Positions 62,976-64,000 of a DNA stretch of 64,000 bases are shown one piece after another. The translations under genes were made by a program, and so were the position numbers. The DNA is from an uncultured Phycisphaerales bacterium (GTDB lineage: Bacteria; Planctomycetota; Phycisphaerae; Sedimentisphaerales; Anaerobacaceae). Numbering within the stretch: position 1 is the first letter of the stretch; the number at the start of each line of letters is the position of its first letter. The stretch is taken from assembly GCA_963772725.1 (NCBI GenBank), contig CAVYYI010000001.1, forward strand, positions 896,001-960,000, written 5' to 3'. A model generated the notes under the pieces. The model saw only the letters and a list, made by a program, of their open reading frames with translations. It was not told the origin of the DNA and did not search any database.

Positions 62976-64000
62976 ATGAATATTTTTGCGGCGGTAATGA
63001 CCGGCAAAGGTACGGGGGCGATAGCGACAATACAGGTCTTTGGTGAAGGTGCGAAGGCCGTTTTACAGAAGATATTCGCTGCGGGAGGCGATAAAACTGC
63101 TGTTTTCAAAACCGGTGCGGTTCTGCTTGGGAAAATTATTGATGGCCAGGAAGTTATCGATGAGGTGGTAGTCGGCTGTGAAGGCGAGAATAATCTGGCT
63201 ATAAACTGTCACGGCAATCCGCTGATTGTCGAAATGATAATGCAACTGCTCAGTAAAAACGGAGCGGCATTGATAACCGCGGAGCAGCTTTTAGCTAAAG
63301 TCCTTTCAGTACCGGGGCAATCCGAGACAATCGCTATTGAGGCACAAATCTCACAGTCGCACGCTAAAACCATTCAAGGGACAAAACTTATTCTCGGACA
63401 GATTGAGGCGGGGTTAAATAAAAAAGCGAAAGAGTGGCTGGCGAAAATAGATACAATCAACCTTGGTGAATTAAGGGCAGAAGCTGAGCGGATACTGCAA
63501 AAGAGTCAGGCGGCGGAAACGATTATGTTCGGCTGTACAATCGCGATAGCGGGGCCGCCCAATACGGGCAAAAGCACGCTGTTAAATTATCTTTGTGGGA
63601 GAGAAAAGGCCATTGTCGCTGATAGCAAGGGTACGACACGGGATTGGGTAAGCGCAGAATGCCGAATTGGCTCGCTGGCGGCCGAGATTATCGATACGGC
63701 GGGATTGGATGAGAAGCTGGCGGCAGAAGCGAGAAACAACATTGAATGGCAGGCACAGCAGCGAAGTGTTGAGGTTTTACGGCGGGCGGGTTTAATTTTG
63801 TTTGTTCTGGACGGCAGCGAGCCAATAGAACAAGTTGATATGGGGGTGGTCAGGGAAATCGCGGGAAAGAAGGTTTTGACAGTTGTGAATAAATCCGATT
63901 TGACGGCGAAATTGGATTTGTTCAGGCTGCCTGAAATTTTATTGGATACAGTTTTGATAAGCGCAAAAACTGGTTATGGTATGGAAATCCTTATTGATAA
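62976..64000 (+). CDS. mnmE: tRNA modification GTPase MnmE/TrmE (3' truncated by window edge; absent from the ORF track)
   Basis: Manual translation: GTGAIATI, IDEVVV, NCHGNP, GPPNTGKSTL, GTTRD, DTAG, NKSD, SAK. Confidence 0.88.
   Translation, partial: MNIFAAVMTGKGTGAIATIQVFGEGAKAVLQKIFAAGGDKTAVFKTGAVLLGKIIDGQEVIDEVVVGCEGENNLAINCHGNPLIVEMIMQLLSKNGAALITAEQLLAKVLSVPGQSETIAIEAQISQSHAKTIQGTKLILGQIEAGLNKKAKEWLAKIDTINLGELRAEAERILQKSQAAETIMFGCTIAIAGPPNTGKSTLLNYLCGREKAIVADSKGTTRDWVSAECRIGSLAAEIIDTAGLDEKLAAEARNNIEWQAQQRSVEVLRRAGLILFVLDGSEPIEQVDMGVVREIAGKKVLTVVNKSDLTAKLDLFRLPEILLDTVLISAKTGYGMEILID

Overview
Bacterial chromosomal segment. It is most likely from Planctomycetota (Phycisphaerae/Sedimentisphaerales-like), inferred from a prepilin H-X9-DG protein, a dockerin-tailed secreted protein and two URO-D-family genes. 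Many conserved genes (purL, plsX, uvrC, pilT, aas, SSS transporter and others) are split by 1-nt frameshifts, which looks like long-read indel error rather than true pseudogenisation. Housekeeping content: purL-purQ, aspartate aminotransferase, nagZ, uvrC, polX, HMT/MTHFR, truD, rpmF-plsX-fabH-fabD-fabG-acpP-fabF and rpmA-obgE-coaX-mnmE. Two IS elements have readable ends and target duplications. The most interesting items are: (1) a 913-aa enolase with its two domains in swapped order (TIM barrel first, capping domain last), all catalytic residues present, fused behind a membrane HExxH (site-2-protease-like) domain; (2) an AT-rich, tightly coupled three-gene operon (PD-(D/E)xK-like nuclease, RNase J-like beta-CASP hydrolase, DUF6508-like protein) that looks like an anti-phage defence cassette; (3) a cobalamin riboswitch with attenuator controlling a secreted beta-propeller-dockerin protein and a pilin-like protein; (4) an exactly 21-bp-phased array of AAGCTT palindromes upstream of the odd enolase; (5) a candidate anti-Shine-Dalgarno sRNA; (6) a membrane-anchored PilB-like pseudo-ATPase next to pilT. 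All family calls come from motif recognition by eye; no searches were run.
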